64,000 nucleotides of DNA from an uncultured Clostridium sp. Its GTDB lineage: Bacteria > Bacillota > Clostridia > TANB77 > CAG-508. Positions 17,063-27,591 of the stretch are shown piece after piece. The position numbers and the translations under genes were made by a program. Within the stretch, counting starts at the first letter, position 1. Every line of letters starts with the position of its first letter. Where the stretch lies: contig URWN01000004.1 of assembly GCA_900551615.1 (NCBI GenBank), positions 10,494-74,493 on the forward strand. Direction: 5' to 3'. Under the pieces are notes generated by a model. That model ran no database searches, had not been told where the DNA came from, and saw only the letters and a list, made by a program, of their open reading frames with translations.

Positions 17063-18453
17063 ATTTTGATTACTTCTACTCCATTTTTTGTATCTTTTAC
17101 ATTGTATCCTTTTTGATTAATTAAATCTCTTAATTCATCTGACTTTGCCCAATCCTTGTTCTCTCTTGCAATTTTTCTTTGTTCAACTAAATCTAATATT
17201 TCTTGTGGTATTTCTTGTTTTTTAGAATTTACTTCATCTATTTTAATACCAAGAACAGTGTCAAATTTAGCAAGCAATTTTGCGACTTCTGGATTTTTCT
17301 TTTCAAATCTAGCAGCTTCCCAAACAAAGCTCATTGCAAGTGGCATATTCAAATCGTCATTTATTGCTTTATGGAAGTTCTCTTCTATTTGCGATAATCT
17401 TTCTGTATCTTCTTCTGTTAATTTATCTGTTCCATTTAAATTCATTTGATAGCTATTACGCAATCTTTCTAACGATTTAGCTGCTGATTCTATTCCTTCC
17501 CATGTAAAGTTTAATTTATTTCTATAGTGACATGAATAACTGAATAATTTGTATACAATTGTGTCAAATCCTTTTTCTTTTATATCTTTTACTAAATAAA
17601 CATTTCCTAAAGATTTTGACATTTTTCCACCATTTATTAACAAGTATTCTCCATGTAACCAATATCTTGCTGGTATTTTTCCACATTTGCCTTTGCTTTG
17701 TGCAATTTCATTTTCATGGTGTGTTGGTATTAAATCTATTCCACCTGTATGTATATCAAATTGGTCTCCAAGGTATTTTTGTCCCATTGCCGAACATTCT
17801 ATATGCCATCCAGGGTAACTTGGTCCCCATGGGCTATCCCATTTCATTAAATGATTTTCTGGTGCCTTTATCCATAATGCAAAATCTTGTGGATTTCTTT
17901 TTTCTGGATCTATTTCTACTCTTGCACCAGCTTTTTGGTTTTCAACATCTAAATTTGATAATATTGGATATTTATCTAATTTTGATATATCAAAATATAT
18001 TGCTGTTGATGTTTCATATGCATAGCCATTTTCCATTAGCTTTTCAACATATTCTAACATTTCCTTTATGTGTTCTGTTGCTTTACATACTATTTCTGGA
18101 GTTTCTATATTTAATGCACTTAAGTCATCAAAGAATAATTTAGTGTAATGTTCTGCTATTTGTAGAGGTGTTTTGTGTTCTTCTCTTGCTGATTTTAGCA
18201 TTTTATCTTCACCTTCATCACCATCTGATACTAAATGTCCAACATCTGTTATATTCATTACATGTTTTATTTTATATCCATTGTAACGCAATGTTCTTCT
18301 TAAAACATCTTGGAATATATTTGTTCTCATATTTCCTATTGTTGCGTCTTTATATACTGTTGGTCCACATGAATATATTCTAATTTCATCTGGATTTAAT
18401 GGTTCGAATTTGTCTTTCTTTTTTGTTAATGTATTATAAAAATATATGTCCAT
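17059..18453 (-). CDS. cysS: Cysteine--tRNA ligase
   Basis: CGPTVY, HLGH-type motif (ITDVGHL) and KMSKS, with a C-terminal DALR-2-like domain. Confidence 0.95.
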   Translation of the reverse strand: MDIYFYNTLTKKKDKFEPLNPDEIRIYSCGPTVYKDATIGNMRTNIFQDVLRRTLRYNGYKIKHVMNITDVGHLVSDGDEGEDKMLKSAREEHKTPLQIAEHYTKLFFDDLSALNIETPEIVCKATEHIKEMLEYVEKLMENGYAYETSTAIYFDISKLDKYPILSNLDVENQKAGARVEIDPEKRNPQDFALWIKAPENHLMKWDSPWGPSYPGWHIECSAMGQKYLGDQFDIHTGGIDLIPTHHENEIAQSKGKCGKIPARYWLHGEYLLINGGKMSKSLGNVYLVKDIKEKGFDTIVYKLFSYSCHYRNKLNFTWEGIESAAKSLERLRNSYQMNLNGTDKLTEEDTERLSQIEENFHKAINDDLNMPLAMSFVWEAARFEKKNPEVAKLLAKFDTVLGIKIDEVNSKKQEIPQEILDLVEQRKIARENKDWAKSDELRDLINQKGYNVKDTKNGVEVIKI

Positions 18454-18497
18454 TTTTCTCCTTTCTTAGGCATGAAAATGTTTTTGCCTTATTAAAT

Positions 18498-18527
18498 ATT
18501 ATATAAATTGACAGTTTTTACTGTCAA
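18498..18527 (-). promoter_or_regulatory. Sigma-A-type promoter for cysS (TTGACA-18-TATAAT)
   Basis: The minus strand reads TTGACA GTAAAAACTGTCAATTTA TATAAT. The -35 lies in the 5' arm of the PBP terminator hairpin. The leader is too short (<50 nt) for a T-box. Confidence 0.5.
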
Positions 18528-18530
18528 TTT
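18505..18530 (-). terminator. Terminator-like hairpin downstream of the PBP gene
   Basis: 10-bp perfect stem aaattgacag/ctgtcaattt with a 6-nt loop. The tail is A/U-rich rather than a pure U tract. Confidence 0.45.
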
Positions 18531-18548
18531 ATATTTTGAAACCACTTA

Positions 18549-21110
18549 TTATTTTTTAGTTGTTTCTTTTTTATCAGTTGTTGTTTCATTTTTGACTTCA
18601 TTTTTAATAGCATTATTGTTATTAATTGTATTATTTGTTTCTGTATTATTTTTATTTTTATCTTCTTTTACAACTTCATTTTTTATTTCATTTTTCTTTT
18701 CCTCTTTCTTCTCTTCTGTTTTTTTATGAATTGTACATACTTCGTCTATTTTTTCACTAGAAACTTTTGATTTTTTTAATGTATTCCATAATTTTAATTG
18801 TTCTTTTGGTATCACTCCACCATATGATACTGTTTTTACTTTATCTGCTGGGCAATATTCATTTGCAACTTTTCCTGATTCTGTACAAATTTTTTGTGTT
18901 CCATGTCCCTGGCATGTTTCTGGTACATTATCTGTTGTAAATGATTCTGTATATGTATTTGTACAAGTATTTGTTGCAACTCCTCCAGTATCTTTGCAAA
19001 TTGTTTTTGTAACAATTCCTGTTGAAGGTGTATTAAAGTTTTTATTTTCTAATTCTTTATGAATATCTTTCATTATTGATGACCATAATTGTCCTGCTGG
19101 GTTTCTTCCATCTACACTATATACTGTTCCATTTGCATATTTTAATGGTTCTTGGACAGTATTATTGTCGAATCCAAACCAACATGCAGCTGTATAATAT
19201 GGAGTCATTCCACATAGCCATCTATCTACATAATCATCTGTAGAACCTGTTTTAGCACAAGTTTCCATTCCTGGTATTGCACAATATGTTGCTGTTCCTC
19301 CGCTTTTTACTGGTTCTTCTATGATTGACCTTGTTATATAAGCATTTTGTTCTGATATTACTCTTGTTTTTTCTTGGTTTGCTGTTAATACTGTATTTCC
19401 ACTACTATCTACAACTTTTGTATAGAAAGTTGGTGTGGTGTATACACCATCATTTGCTATTGATGCATATGCTCCAGCCATTTCTAATGGACTAATACCT
19501 ATACTTAAACCACCTATTGAAAGCGCTAAATTTGCATCTTTTGTATTATCTAATGTTGTAATTCCCATTTTCTTTAAATATTCAATAGACTTTTTTGGTG
19601 TTAATTGAGCCATCACTTTTACCATTGGTATGTTTTGTGATGTTCTAATACAACTCCTTATGTTTATTAAACCTTTTGGTGTATTATAGTCATCCGGTTT
19701 GTATCCTCCACCAAAATCAGTTTTTGCATCATCATATATAGTTGCTGCTGTAATTATTTTTTCTTGTAATCCTGGTGCTATATCTGCTAGTGGTTTCATT
19801 GAAGAACCTGTTTGTCTTGTTATTTGTGTTCCTCTATTTAAACCTATTGAATTTTGTTCTCCAAGACTTCCGCCTACTGCTACTACTTGATTTGTTTGAT
19901 TATCTATTATAACCATTCCTGCTTGTGTATGGTCATTTTTTAGTGTTCCATCTTCATTTTTTAGTCTACCTGATATTTGATATTTTTGTTTTGCAAATTC
20001 TTCTTCAACTCTTGCTTGTATTGAAGAATCTTCTGTTGAATATATTGTTAATCCACTTCCATATACATATGTTTCTGCTAAGTCTTTTGATATGTTTTTT
20101 TCGTCCATTACTTGTTGTACTACTTGTTTTATTGTTGCTGCTGTATGATATGAGTAATTTGATGTTCCTGCATATCCTTTTTCAAATGTTAAACCTTCTT
20201 CTACTTTGGCTACAGCTGCATTATATTCATCTTCATTTTCTATCATTCCTTGTGATTTCATTTCTTTTAGAACTGTTAATGTTCTTTCTTTTCTTAGCTT
20301 AGCTGTTTTTTCTTGATCTAGAGATGTATCATAAGGATTGTACGCATTTGGTGAATTATTAATCCCTGCTAAAAATGCACATTCTGCTAAGTCTAAATCT
20401 TTCGCACTTTTATTAAAATAATATTGTGAACCTAATTCTACACCGTGTAATTCGTTACCGCCAACAAATATGATATTTAAGTATAATTCTAGTATTTGGT
20501 CTTTTGATATCATTCTTTCTACTTGTACAGCTTTTGACCATTCCTTCATTTTTCTTACTACACCTGCTATACCTGATCTTGCTTTATCTTTTGTTATATT
20601 TTTTACTAATTGTTGTGTTATAGAGCTTCCTCCATATGAAGAATTTCCAGTTACTGTTCCTAAAATCGCTCCTGCTGTTCTTTTTATATCTACACCATTG
20701 TGTGAATAGAATCTTTTGTCTTCTATTGCTATGTATGCTTTAGGTAAGTATGGTGACATTTCACTTAATGATACTGTTTTTCTTTTTTCGTCACTACTTA
20801 AATTTGCTATTTCTTTTCCATCTTTGTCTACTACTATTGTGTTTGATGTTCCTACTATTAATTCTTCTTTACTTATTTCAAATTCATCTCCAAATAAGCC
20901 AAAGAACATTGCCGCTACTATTCCTGCTCCTACAACACATAAAAGTAAAAATATAACTAACAATATTTTTAAAAACATTTTTAATTTTGGATTCATTTTT
21001 CTTTTTGTTCCCTTTTTCTTGTTTGTGCCTTTGGGTGTTTTATTTTTGTTTTGTGTTTTTATTTTTGATGTTGTTTTTGTTCTTCTACCATTATTACTAT
21101 TACTTGGCAT
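18549..21110 (-). CDS. Class A penicillin-binding protein (transglycosylase/transpeptidase, PBP1A-like)
   Basis: GT51 motifs EDKRFYSHNGVD and GGSSITQQLVKN. Transpeptidase motifs SSMKP, SQN and KTGST. Basic N-terminal tail plus TM, and a low-complexity K/E/N/T-rich C-terminus. Confidence 0.9.
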   Translation of the reverse strand: MPSNSNNGRRTKTTSKIKTQNKNKTPKGTNKKKGTKRKMNPKLKMFLKILLVIFLLLCVVGAGIVAAMFFGLFGDEFEISKEELIVGTSNTIVVDKDGKEIANLSSDEKRKTVSLSEMSPYLPKAYIAIEDKRFYSHNGVDIKRTAGAILGTVTGNSSYGGSSITQQLVKNITKDKARSGIAGVVRKMKEWSKAVQVERMISKDQILELYLNIIFVGGNELHGVELGSQYYFNKSAKDLDLAECAFLAGINNSPNAYNPYDTSLDQEKTAKLRKERTLTVLKEMKSQGMIENEDEYNAAVAKVEEGLTFEKGYAGTSNYSYHTAATIKQVVQQVMDEKNISKDLAETYVYGSGLTIYSTEDSSIQARVEEEFAKQKYQISGRLKNEDGTLKNDHTQAGMVIIDNQTNQVVAVGGSLGEQNSIGLNRGTQITRQTGSSMKPLADIAPGLQEKIITAATIYDDAKTDFGGGYKPDDYNTPKGLINIRSCIRTSQNIPMVKVMAQLTPKKSIEYLKKMGITTLDNTKDANLALSIGGLSIGISPLEMAGAYASIANDGVYTTPTFYTKVVDSSGNTVLTANQEKTRVISEQNAYITRSIIEEPVKSGGTATYCAIPGMETCAKTGSTDDYVDRWLCGMTPYYTAACWFGFDNNTVQEPLKYANGTVYSVDGRNPAGQLWSSIMKDIHKELENKNFNTPSTGIVTKTICKDTGGVATNTCTNTYTESFTTDNVPETCQGHGTQKICTESGKVANEYCPADKVKTVSYGGVIPKEQLKLWNTLKKSKVSSEKIDEVCTIHKKTEEKKEEKKNEIKNEVVKEDKNKNNTETNNTINNNNAIKNEVKNETTTDKKETTKK

Positions 21111-21200
21111 TTTCTTTTCCTCCCTGCAATCTTTTGCATTTTAATATCTTTATTATATTATACTTTTTATAAAAAGAAAAGCTTTTCACTAAATTTTTTT

Positions 21201-22037
21201 CTATAATTCTCCATTATTCAAATATAATTTATTTATCAATACTTTGTCATTTTTTATTTTTTTTCGTAAATTTGTAAATGAATCTCTTTTGTACATTTCT
21301 GCTTCATATAAATCTTTTAAATTATATTTATCCACAAAAAATTTTTCATTGCAAATATCATTTCTGTATTCAATTTCATAATCGTTTACTGTTACACCAT
21401 TAAATCTTTTTTGTGTAATTTTTATTGGTCTTTTTACATTTACAATTGTAGCACTTTCGTTTATTCTATATTTATTAATTAATTCTTTTGGAAAGTCTAT
21501 ATTAATTATTATCTGAGATTTCATAAGGCTTTTCTTTTTATTGTTTGTTATTGTTGCTATTATTCCTTTTTCTTGCAATTGTTGTTCTAATTTTCTAAAT
21601 TTCTCTATATGGTTTGTAACTATGTTAATTGTCGTATATTTTTGGGCTAATAATTTTATATTTTCAAATTCTTTATCTGTTAAATCATTTATAAGTACTG
21701 ATATATTTACTCTTTCTATTTTTTGTTTTTCTACTATATAGTTTACAATGTCTGTTAATAAAATTTCAAACAACCATCTTCCATCAGCAATTTCTATTCC
21801 ATATTCATTTAAATAATTTATGTATTTTTCTTCTTTCTTCATTTTTTTGCTTAATACTATCTTTTTACTATTTGATATTTTTCCTATTACTTTTATTGTT
21901 TTTTTTGCTATTTTCTCTATTTGTTTTTCTTTTGTTTTCTCATTTATTGGTAATATTATTGTGCTGTCTTGTACTTTTATTAAGTTTAACATTTTTTCTA
22001 TTATATTAGGCTTGTCATTTTTTTCTATATAAATCAT
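21201..22037 (-). CDS. Hypothetical protein (about 278 aa)
   Basis: Long ORF with start moved to the ATG at 22037 (RBS GGAGTGGA). The ORF-track start is a TTG. No motif recognised. Confidence 0.6.
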   Translation of the reverse strand: MIYIEKNDKPNIIEKMLNLIKVQDSTIILPINEKTKEKQIEKIAKKTIKVIGKISNSKKIVLSKKMKKEEKYINYLNEYGIEIADGRWLFEILLTDIVNYIVEKQKIERVNISVLINDLTDKEFENIKLLAQKYTTINIVTNHIEKFRKLEQQLQEKGIIATITNNKKKSLMKSQIIINIDFPKELINKYRINESATIVNVKRPIKITQKRFNGVTVNDYEIEYRNDICNEKFFVDKYNLKDLYEAEMYKRDSFTNLRKKIKNDKVLINKLYLNNGEL

Positions 22038-22135
22038 TAAATCCACTCCATTCAATTTTTAGAATAAAAGTGAGCTATAAATAATATAAACACACCATAT
22101 CTTTTGTTTAAGTATATGATGTGTTTTTTATTTTA

Positions 22136-23014
22136 TTACAATATAATGTCTCTTTTTAGTAGGTTGTCTTTTATTGTTCCTGTTCCTATAAATTCATCTT
22201 TTTGATTATATATTTTGTATACCCCTTCATTTTGCTTTTGTGTTAGCATAACTCCATTTAAAAATAGTTCTAATTTTCTGTTGTCTAACCTTATTGATGG
22301 TATTTTTTCAAATAGTTTTTCTAATGTTATTATTGTTTTAGTTTTATCTAATTCATTTTTTTGTATAATATTATTTAATTCATCTATTGTTATACTATCT
22401 TCAATTTTAAAATCTCCAACTTGAATCCTTTTAAGTGATTTCATATATCCTACTGTTCCAAATTTTATAGCTATGTCTTCACACAAACTCCTTATATATG
22501 TTCCTTTCCCGCAAAACACCTCAAATTTGATTTGTTTTTCTTCTACAGAGTAATTTATTAATTTTATGTTGTAGATTTCTATTTTTCTTGGTTTTAGTTC
22601 TATTTCTTGGCCTTTTCTAGCATATTCATATAATTTTTTTCCATTTATTTTTATTGCTGAATATATAGGTGGAATTTGTTCTTGTTTTCCTACAAAACTT
22701 TGTAAAATTTTTTCTATATTTTTTGTTGTTAGTATTTCTTTATTTACTGGTTGTTGTTTTACTATTTTTCCTTCACCATCTGCTGTATCTGTTTTTGTTC
22801 CTAATTGCAATTCTACTATATATTTTTTATCATGATTTATCAAGTATTTTGAAGCTAGTGTTCCTTTCCCTACTAATATAGGTAATACTCCTTCTGCCAT
22901 TGGATCTAATGTGCCAGTGTGTCCTACTTTTTCGTTTAACATTTTTTTTATTTTATATACTATGTCATGTGATGTACATCCTTTTGTTTTATTTATAATT
23001 ATTATTCCGTCCAT
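22136..23014 (-). CDS. truB: tRNA pseudouridine(55) synthase
   Basis: GIIIINKTKGCTSHD and the catalytic motif GHTGTLDPMAEGVLPI. Start set to the ATG at 23014 (RBS GAGAGGAAAATC). The upstream extension is a translation of the hairpin element. Confidence 0.93.
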   Translation of the reverse strand: MDGIIIINKTKGCTSHDIVYKIKKMLNEKVGHTGTLDPMAEGVLPILVGKGTLASKYLINHDKKYIVELQLGTKTDTADGEGKIVKQQPVNKEILTTKNIEKILQSFVGKQEQIPPIYSAIKINGKKLYEYARKGQEIELKPRKIEIYNIKLINYSVEEKQIKFEVFCGKGTYIRSLCEDIAIKFGTVGYMKSLKRIQVGDFKIEDSITIDELNNIIQKNELDKTKTIITLEKLFEKIPSIRLDNRKLELFLNGVMLTQKQNEGVYKIYNQKDEFIGTGTIKDNLLKRDIIL

Positions 23015-23036
23015 GATTTTCCTCTCTATAAAAAAG

Positions 23037-23065
23037 CGGGATTGGTGGACGGGTCTCGAATCCCG
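23037..23065. repeat. Hairpin element with GGGATT arms and GGACGGGTC in the loop (terminator-like, bidirectional)
   Basis: cgggatt ggtggacgggtctcg aatcccg: 7-bp stem, 15-nt loop, flanked by A5 and T6. It lies between nrnA and truB. Confidence 0.7.
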
Positions 23066-23089
23066 AATTTTTTCCCTCATTCCCGTTTT

Positions 23090-24064
23090 TTATTTTAAAA
23101 CTTTTTTTAATTCTTTCATTATTTTTTGTTTTACTTGTTCAATATCTCCTTGAATAACAGCTCCTGCTGCTTTTTCGTGGCCTCCACCGCCAAACATCAT
23201 ACATACATCAGAAACATTAACATAATCATTCGAACGCATAGAAACTTTATATGTTTCTTCTTCATCTTTTTGTCTAATAAATACTGATACTTCAACACCT
23301 TCTACATCTCTTCCTATTTCTACAAGTCCTTCATGATCTCCTATTCCTGCATTTACTTCTTTTAAATCTTTATTTGTTATATATGTAAAAGTAACTTTTC
23401 CATCTTCTAAAAATTCCATTCTGTCTATTGTTCTTTTCATTAATTCAAAGTTAGCTTTTGTTTTTGTTTCTAATACTCTTTTATATATGTCTGAAACATT
23501 TACTCCTTTTTCTAGTAATTCAGCTGTAAATTCAAATGTTTCTGGTGTTACCCCTGAATATCTGAATCCGCCTGTGTCTGTAATTATTCCTGTTAATATA
23601 CATGTTCCTAATTCTTTATCTATATTTATGTTAAAATATTGGAACATTCCTATTAGAATTTGACAACATGCTGGTGCAACTGGATTTACAAAGTTTATGT
23701 CCCCATACATTTTATTGCTACCATGGTGATCTATTACTATTGTTTGTTTAGCTTTTTCAAAATATTCGCTTCCTACTAATCTTTTAAAATCTGCACAGTC
23801 TAAACTTATTGCTAAGTCATATCTTTCTACCTCTGAATCTGTTTTTATATCTTCTCTTCCTGGTAAGAAGTTAAATATTTTTGGAACTTCTCTTATTATT
23901 ACATCAGCATTTTTTCCCAATTGTTTTAATGCCACTTTCATTGCTAAACAACTTCCAATTGCATCTCCATCAGGTGTTTCATGTGCCATTATTACTATTG
24001 TTTCAGCTTTTTTTATTTCTTCTAATATATTATCTAAAGTCATAATTTTCTCCATTTCTGTCAA
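23090..24064 (-). CDS. nrnA: DHH/DHHA1 phosphoesterase (NrnA-like oligoribonuclease/pAp phosphatase)
   Basis: Motifs HETPDGDAIGS, DHH (VIDHHGSN) and GGGH (FGGGGHEKAAG). It sits in the rbfA-truB position typical of nrnA. Confidence 0.8.
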   Translation of the reverse strand: MTEMEKIMTLDNILEEIKKAETIVIMAHETPDGDAIGSCLAMKVALKQLGKNADVIIREVPKIFNFLPGREDIKTDSEVERYDLAISLDCADFKRLVGSEYFEKAKQTIVIDHHGSNKMYGDINFVNPVAPACCQILIGMFQYFNINIDKELGTCILTGIITDTGGFRYSGVTPETFEFTAELLEKGVNVSDIYKRVLETKTKANFELMKRTIDRMEFLEDGKVTFTYITNKDLKEVNAGIGDHEGLVEIGRDVEGVEVSVFIRQKDEEETYKVSMRSNDYVNVSDVCMMFGGGGHEKAAGAVIQGDIEQVKQKIMKELKKVLK

Positions 24065-24227
24065 AAGTCCCAGCCTTTTCTGTCAAATGGGCCAGGCCTT
24101 TTGGGCAACTTTCTTTCACTTGTGTCAAAAGGGACGGGCTTTTTTGACAACTTTTTTAACTGTCAAAAAGGGAACAATCCCTTTTAACATCTTTTACTTG
24201 TCAATAAAGGGCGTCCCTTTTGACAAT
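24057..24227. repeat. Array of related hairpins (TGTCAAAA...TTTTGACA type, GGGAC(G) cores) filling the nrnA-rbfA spacer
   Basis: Clear units are tgtcaaaagggacgggcttttttgaca (24123-24149), tgtcaaaaagggaacaatcccttttaaca (24161-24189) and ttgtcaataaagggcgtcccttttgacaa (24198-24226). Two degenerate units lie at 24059-24108. Confidence 0.85.
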
Positions 24228-24584
24228 TTATTTGTTTGGCATTATTTCTTTTAGTATTGAATCTATTTTTGCTCCATATTCCATTGAATCATCTATTTCA
24301 AATATTAATTCTGGTGTGTTTCTTAAATTAATTCTTTTTGCTAATTCTGTTCTTATAAATCCTGATGATTTCTTAAGTCCTTCCATTGTATCTTTTATAT
24401 TTTTTGAATTAAAAATGCTTACATATACTTTTGCATATTTTAGGTCTGATGTTACTTTTACTTTTGTAACACTTATCATACCTGTAATACTTGAATTTTT
24501 CAATTCAAATCCAATGATTTGGCTTAATTCTTTTCTGTATTCTTCGTCAATACGTCCCATTCTGTTGTTGTTTTTATTAGGCAT
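24228..24584 (-). CDS. rbfA: Ribosome-binding factor A
   Basis: 118 aa with the RbfA pattern (R..RI.EE..KELS.II....K........ISVT.V.VS.DL..AKVY). It follows infB. Confidence 0.9.
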   Translation of the reverse strand: MPNKNNNRMGRIDEEYRKELSQIIGFELKNSSITGMISVTKVKVTSDLKYAKVYVSIFNSKNIKDTMEGLKKSSGFIRTELAKRINLRNTPELIFEIDDSMEYGAKIDSILKEIMPNK

Positions 24585-24615
24585 TTTGTCTACCTCCTCT
24601 TAATTGCATTTTTTT

Positions 24616-24642
24616 GGGATTGGAGACCCGTCCCCTAATCCC
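24616..24642. repeat. Hairpin element with GGGATT arms and GACCCGTCC in the loop (opposite orientation to 23037)
   Basis: gggattggagacccgtcccctaatccc, flanked by T5 and T6. It lies between infB and rbfA. Confidence 0.7.
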
Positions 24643-24648
24643 GATTTT

Positions 24649-27591
24649 TTATCTTTTTATTTCTTCCATTACATATACTTCAATAATGTCTCCCTCTTTG
24701 ATGTCATTGTAGTTTTCAATTTGAATACCACATTCAAATCCTTTTGATACTTCTTTTGCATCGTCTTTGAATCTCTTTAATGTAGCTAGTTTTCCTTCAT
24801 GGATTACTACATTGTCTCTTATTACTCTAACTCCTGCATTTCTTTCTACTTTTCCTGTTAATACATAAGCACCTGCAATTGTTCCAACATTTGAGATTCT
24901 AAATGTTTGTCTTACTTCTGCATTTCCTATTACTTTTTCTTCATATTTTGGTGCTAACATTCCTTTCATAGCGGCTTCTACTTCTTCTATTGCTTGGTAA
25001 ATTACTGAGTATTGTTTTATTTGTACTTCTTCTTTTTCTGCCATTTCTTTTGCTGCTGGTATTGGTCTTACATTAAATGCTATGATTATTGCATTTGATA
25101 CTTTTGCAAGTGTTACGTCTGATTCGTTAACTGCTCCTGGTGCTGCATGGATTACTTTTACTCTTACTTCTTCGTTTTGTAGTTTTTCCATTGATTGTTT
25201 AACAGCTTCTACAGATCCTTGGACATCTGCTTTTACTATTAAGTTTAGTACTTTTAGATTTCCTTCTTCCATTTGTTCAAATAAGTTGTCTAATGTAACT
25301 TTTGTTGCTGCTCCAAATGCTTTTTCTCTAGCTTCACGTTTTCTCTTTTCTATTAAGTGTTTTGCTGTTTTTTCGTCTTTTACTTCATAGAATGTGTCTC
25401 CAGCTTCTGGTACTTCTGTTAGTCCCATTATTTCTACTGGTGTTGATGGTCCTGCTGATTTTACTTTTTTACCGTTTTCATTTGTCATTGCTCTTATTCT
25501 ACCAATTGATGAACCAACAATTATTGTGTCTCCAACATCTAGTTTTCCTCTTTGTACAAGCATTGTTGCTATTGCTCCTTTTGATTTGTCAAGTCTTGCT
25601 TCTATTACAACACCTTTTGCTTGTTTATTTGGATTTGCTTTTAGTTCAAGAACATCTGCTTCTAATAATACCATTTCTAATAATTGGTCTATATTTATGT
25701 TGTTTTTAGCTGAGATTGGTACACATATTGTGTCTCCTCCCCATTCTTCTGGTACAAGTTCATAGTTCATTAATTCTTGTTTTACTTTATCAACATTTGC
25801 ATCTGGTAAATCTATTTTGTTTATTGCAACTATAATTGGTATTCCTGCTGATTTTGCATGGTTTATAGCTTCAACTGTTTGTGGCATTATACCGTCATTT
25901 GCTGCAACTACTAATATTGCTATATCTGTTATTTGAGCACCTCTTGCTCTCATTGCTGTAAATGCTTCGTGTCCTGGTGTATCTAAGAAAGTTATTTCTC
26001 TACCATTTACTTTTACTTTGTATGCACCAATTGCTTGTGTAATTCCTCCAGCTTCTCCACCTATTACATTTGTTTTTCTGATTGTGTCTAATAGTGATGT
26101 TTTACCATGGTCTACGTGTCCCATAACAACAACTACTGGTGGTCTTACTTCTAAGTCTTCTTCTTTATCTTCAGAATCATCAAATAAAATATCTTCATCT
26201 GTTACAGTTTCTTTCTTTTTAGCTGTGATTCCAAATTCTCCTGCTACTAAAAATGCAGTATCAAAGTCTAAGTCTTGGTTTATTGTAGCCATAATTCCAT
26301 ATCCAAATAATTTTTTAATTACTTCAGCTGTTGTTTTTTTCATTTCTGCAGCTAAGTCTTTTACTGATATTGAATCTGGTATTTCTATTTCTGTTAATTC
26401 AAATATTTTTTGTTTATTTCTTTCTTCGTTTTTAACTTGTTTTTTCTTACCTTTTCTTCCTCTTTGTGTTGTTAAATCGTAGTAATCTAACATTCCACCA
26501 TCTTGGTCTTCAAACATGTTTGATAATTTGCTTGTTTGTTTTAATGATTTTAGTTTTCCTTCATCAAAACTATTTTCATTTCTTCTTGATTTTGATTTTT
26601 TATTTTTGTTATCATCAAATTTATTATTGAATTTTTGTTTATCAATATTTTTACTATAATCTCTAACAACTTCTTTTTCAACAGTATCTACTGCCATTAT
26701 GTTTTTAATATTTTTTTCAATTCCTTTTTCATCTAATGGTCTTCTATTATAATTGTTTCCATTGTAATTGTTTTTATTATTGAAGTTTCCATTATTTCTT
26801 CTGAAATTATTTCCATTATTTGAATTATTAAATTCTCCATTTTTAGAATTTCTATTATTATTGTTGTTAAATCTATTATTGTTGTTTCTATTGTTAAAGT
26901 TGTTATTTGCGTTGTTGTTACGATTATTATTATTTCTATTATTAAAGTTATTTGTTCTATTATTATTTGAATTATTGAAATTTCTATTATTATTAAATTT
27001 ATTTTCTTGTGTTATGTTTTTCTTTTCTGCTACTTGTTTTTGCATTGTTAAATTACTATCCCCTTGTTTTTTTATTTCTTCTTTTATTGCTGGCACTTCA
27101 TTTTTTATTTCTTCTTTTTTAGGTTCTTCTTTCTTCTTTTCTGGTTTATTTAGTCCAAACAATTCATTAACTGTTTTAGGTTTATTGGGCTTATTTCTAT
27201 AAACTATATTAAAGTCCTTGTTTTGTCTTCTTTCTACAAATCCCACATTATTGTCTCTTTTTGTTTCTTGCTTTTTGTTTTCATTTTTTTTATTTTCTTC
27301 TTCATTTATTATAACTTCTCTTCTTATAATAACTGGTGCTTTTTCTTCTTTTTTTGGTGTTACATTTTGTTTTGCTGTTTTATCTTCTTTTTTTGAAGCT
27401 TGTTGTTGCTTTGAAGTTTGTTCTGTCTTATTTGTTAAATTATTTTCTATTTTTTTAGCTTCTTCTTCTTCTACACTGCTCATATGGCTTTTAACTTGGA
27501 TATTTAGTTTTTGTGCCATCTCTAATACTTCTTTACTGGTTAAGTCTAGCTTTTTTGCTATTTCATAAATTTTTATCTTACCCAATAACAT
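24649..27591 (-). CDS. infB: Translation initiation factor IF-2
   Basis: GTPase core ([25 protein letters not shown]) and the C-terminal IF2 domains. The start is uncertain. ATG at 27591 ([15 protein letters not shown]) is preferred because GGGGGTGA lies just upstream; 27600 and 27627 are also in frame. Confidence 0.93.
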   Translation of the reverse strand: MLLGKIKIYEIAKKLDLTSKEVLEMAQKLNIQVKSHMSSVEEEEAKKIENNLTNKTEQTSKQQQASKKEDKTAKQNVTPKKEEKAPVIIRREVIINEEENKKNENKKQETKRDNNVGFVERRQNKDFNIVYRNKPNKPKTVNELFGLNKPEKKKEEPKKEEIKNEVPAIKEEIKKQGDSNLTMQKQVAEKKNITQENKFNNNRNFNNSNNNRTNNFNNRNNNNRNNNANNNFNNRNNNNRFNNNNNRNSKNGEFNNSNNGNNFRRNNGNFNNKNNYNGNNYNRRPLDEKGIEKNIKNIMAVDTVEKEVVRDYSKNIDKQKFNNKFDDNKNKKSKSRRNENSFDEGKLKSLKQTSKLSNMFEDQDGGMLDYYDLTTQRGRKGKKKQVKNEERNKQKIFELTEIEIPDSISVKDLAAEMKKTTAEVIKKLFGYGIMATINQDLDFDTAFLVAGEFGITAKKKETVTDEDILFDDSEDKEEDLEVRPPVVVVMGHVDHGKTSLLDTIRKTNVIGGEAGGITQAIGAYKVKVNGREITFLDTPGHEAFTAMRARGAQITDIAILVVAANDGIMPQTVEAINHAKSAGIPIIVAINKIDLPDANVDKVKQELMNYELVPEEWGGDTICVPISAKNNINIDQLLEMVLLEADVLELKANPNKQAKGVVIEARLDKSKGAIATMLVQRGKLDVGDTIIVGSSIGRIRAMTNENGKKVKSAGPSTPVEIMGLTEVPEAGDTFYEVKDEKTAKHLIEKRKREAREKAFGAATKVTLDNLFEQMEEGNLKVLNLIVKADVQGSVEAVKQSMEKLQNEEVRVKVIHAAPGAVNESDVTLAKVSNAIIIAFNVRPIPAAKEMAEKEEVQIKQYSVIYQAIEEVEAAMKGMLAPKYEEKVIGNAEVRQTFRISNVGTIAGAYVLTGKVERNAGVRVIRDNVVIHEGKLATLKRFKDDAKEVSKGFECGIQIENYNDIKEGDIIEVYVMEEIKR

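Noticed and set aside
24057-24227. Hairpin array considered as a CRISPR array.
   Set aside because: The units differ in length and sequence, they are palindromic with no unique spacers of constant size, there are only ~5 units, and no cas genes are present.
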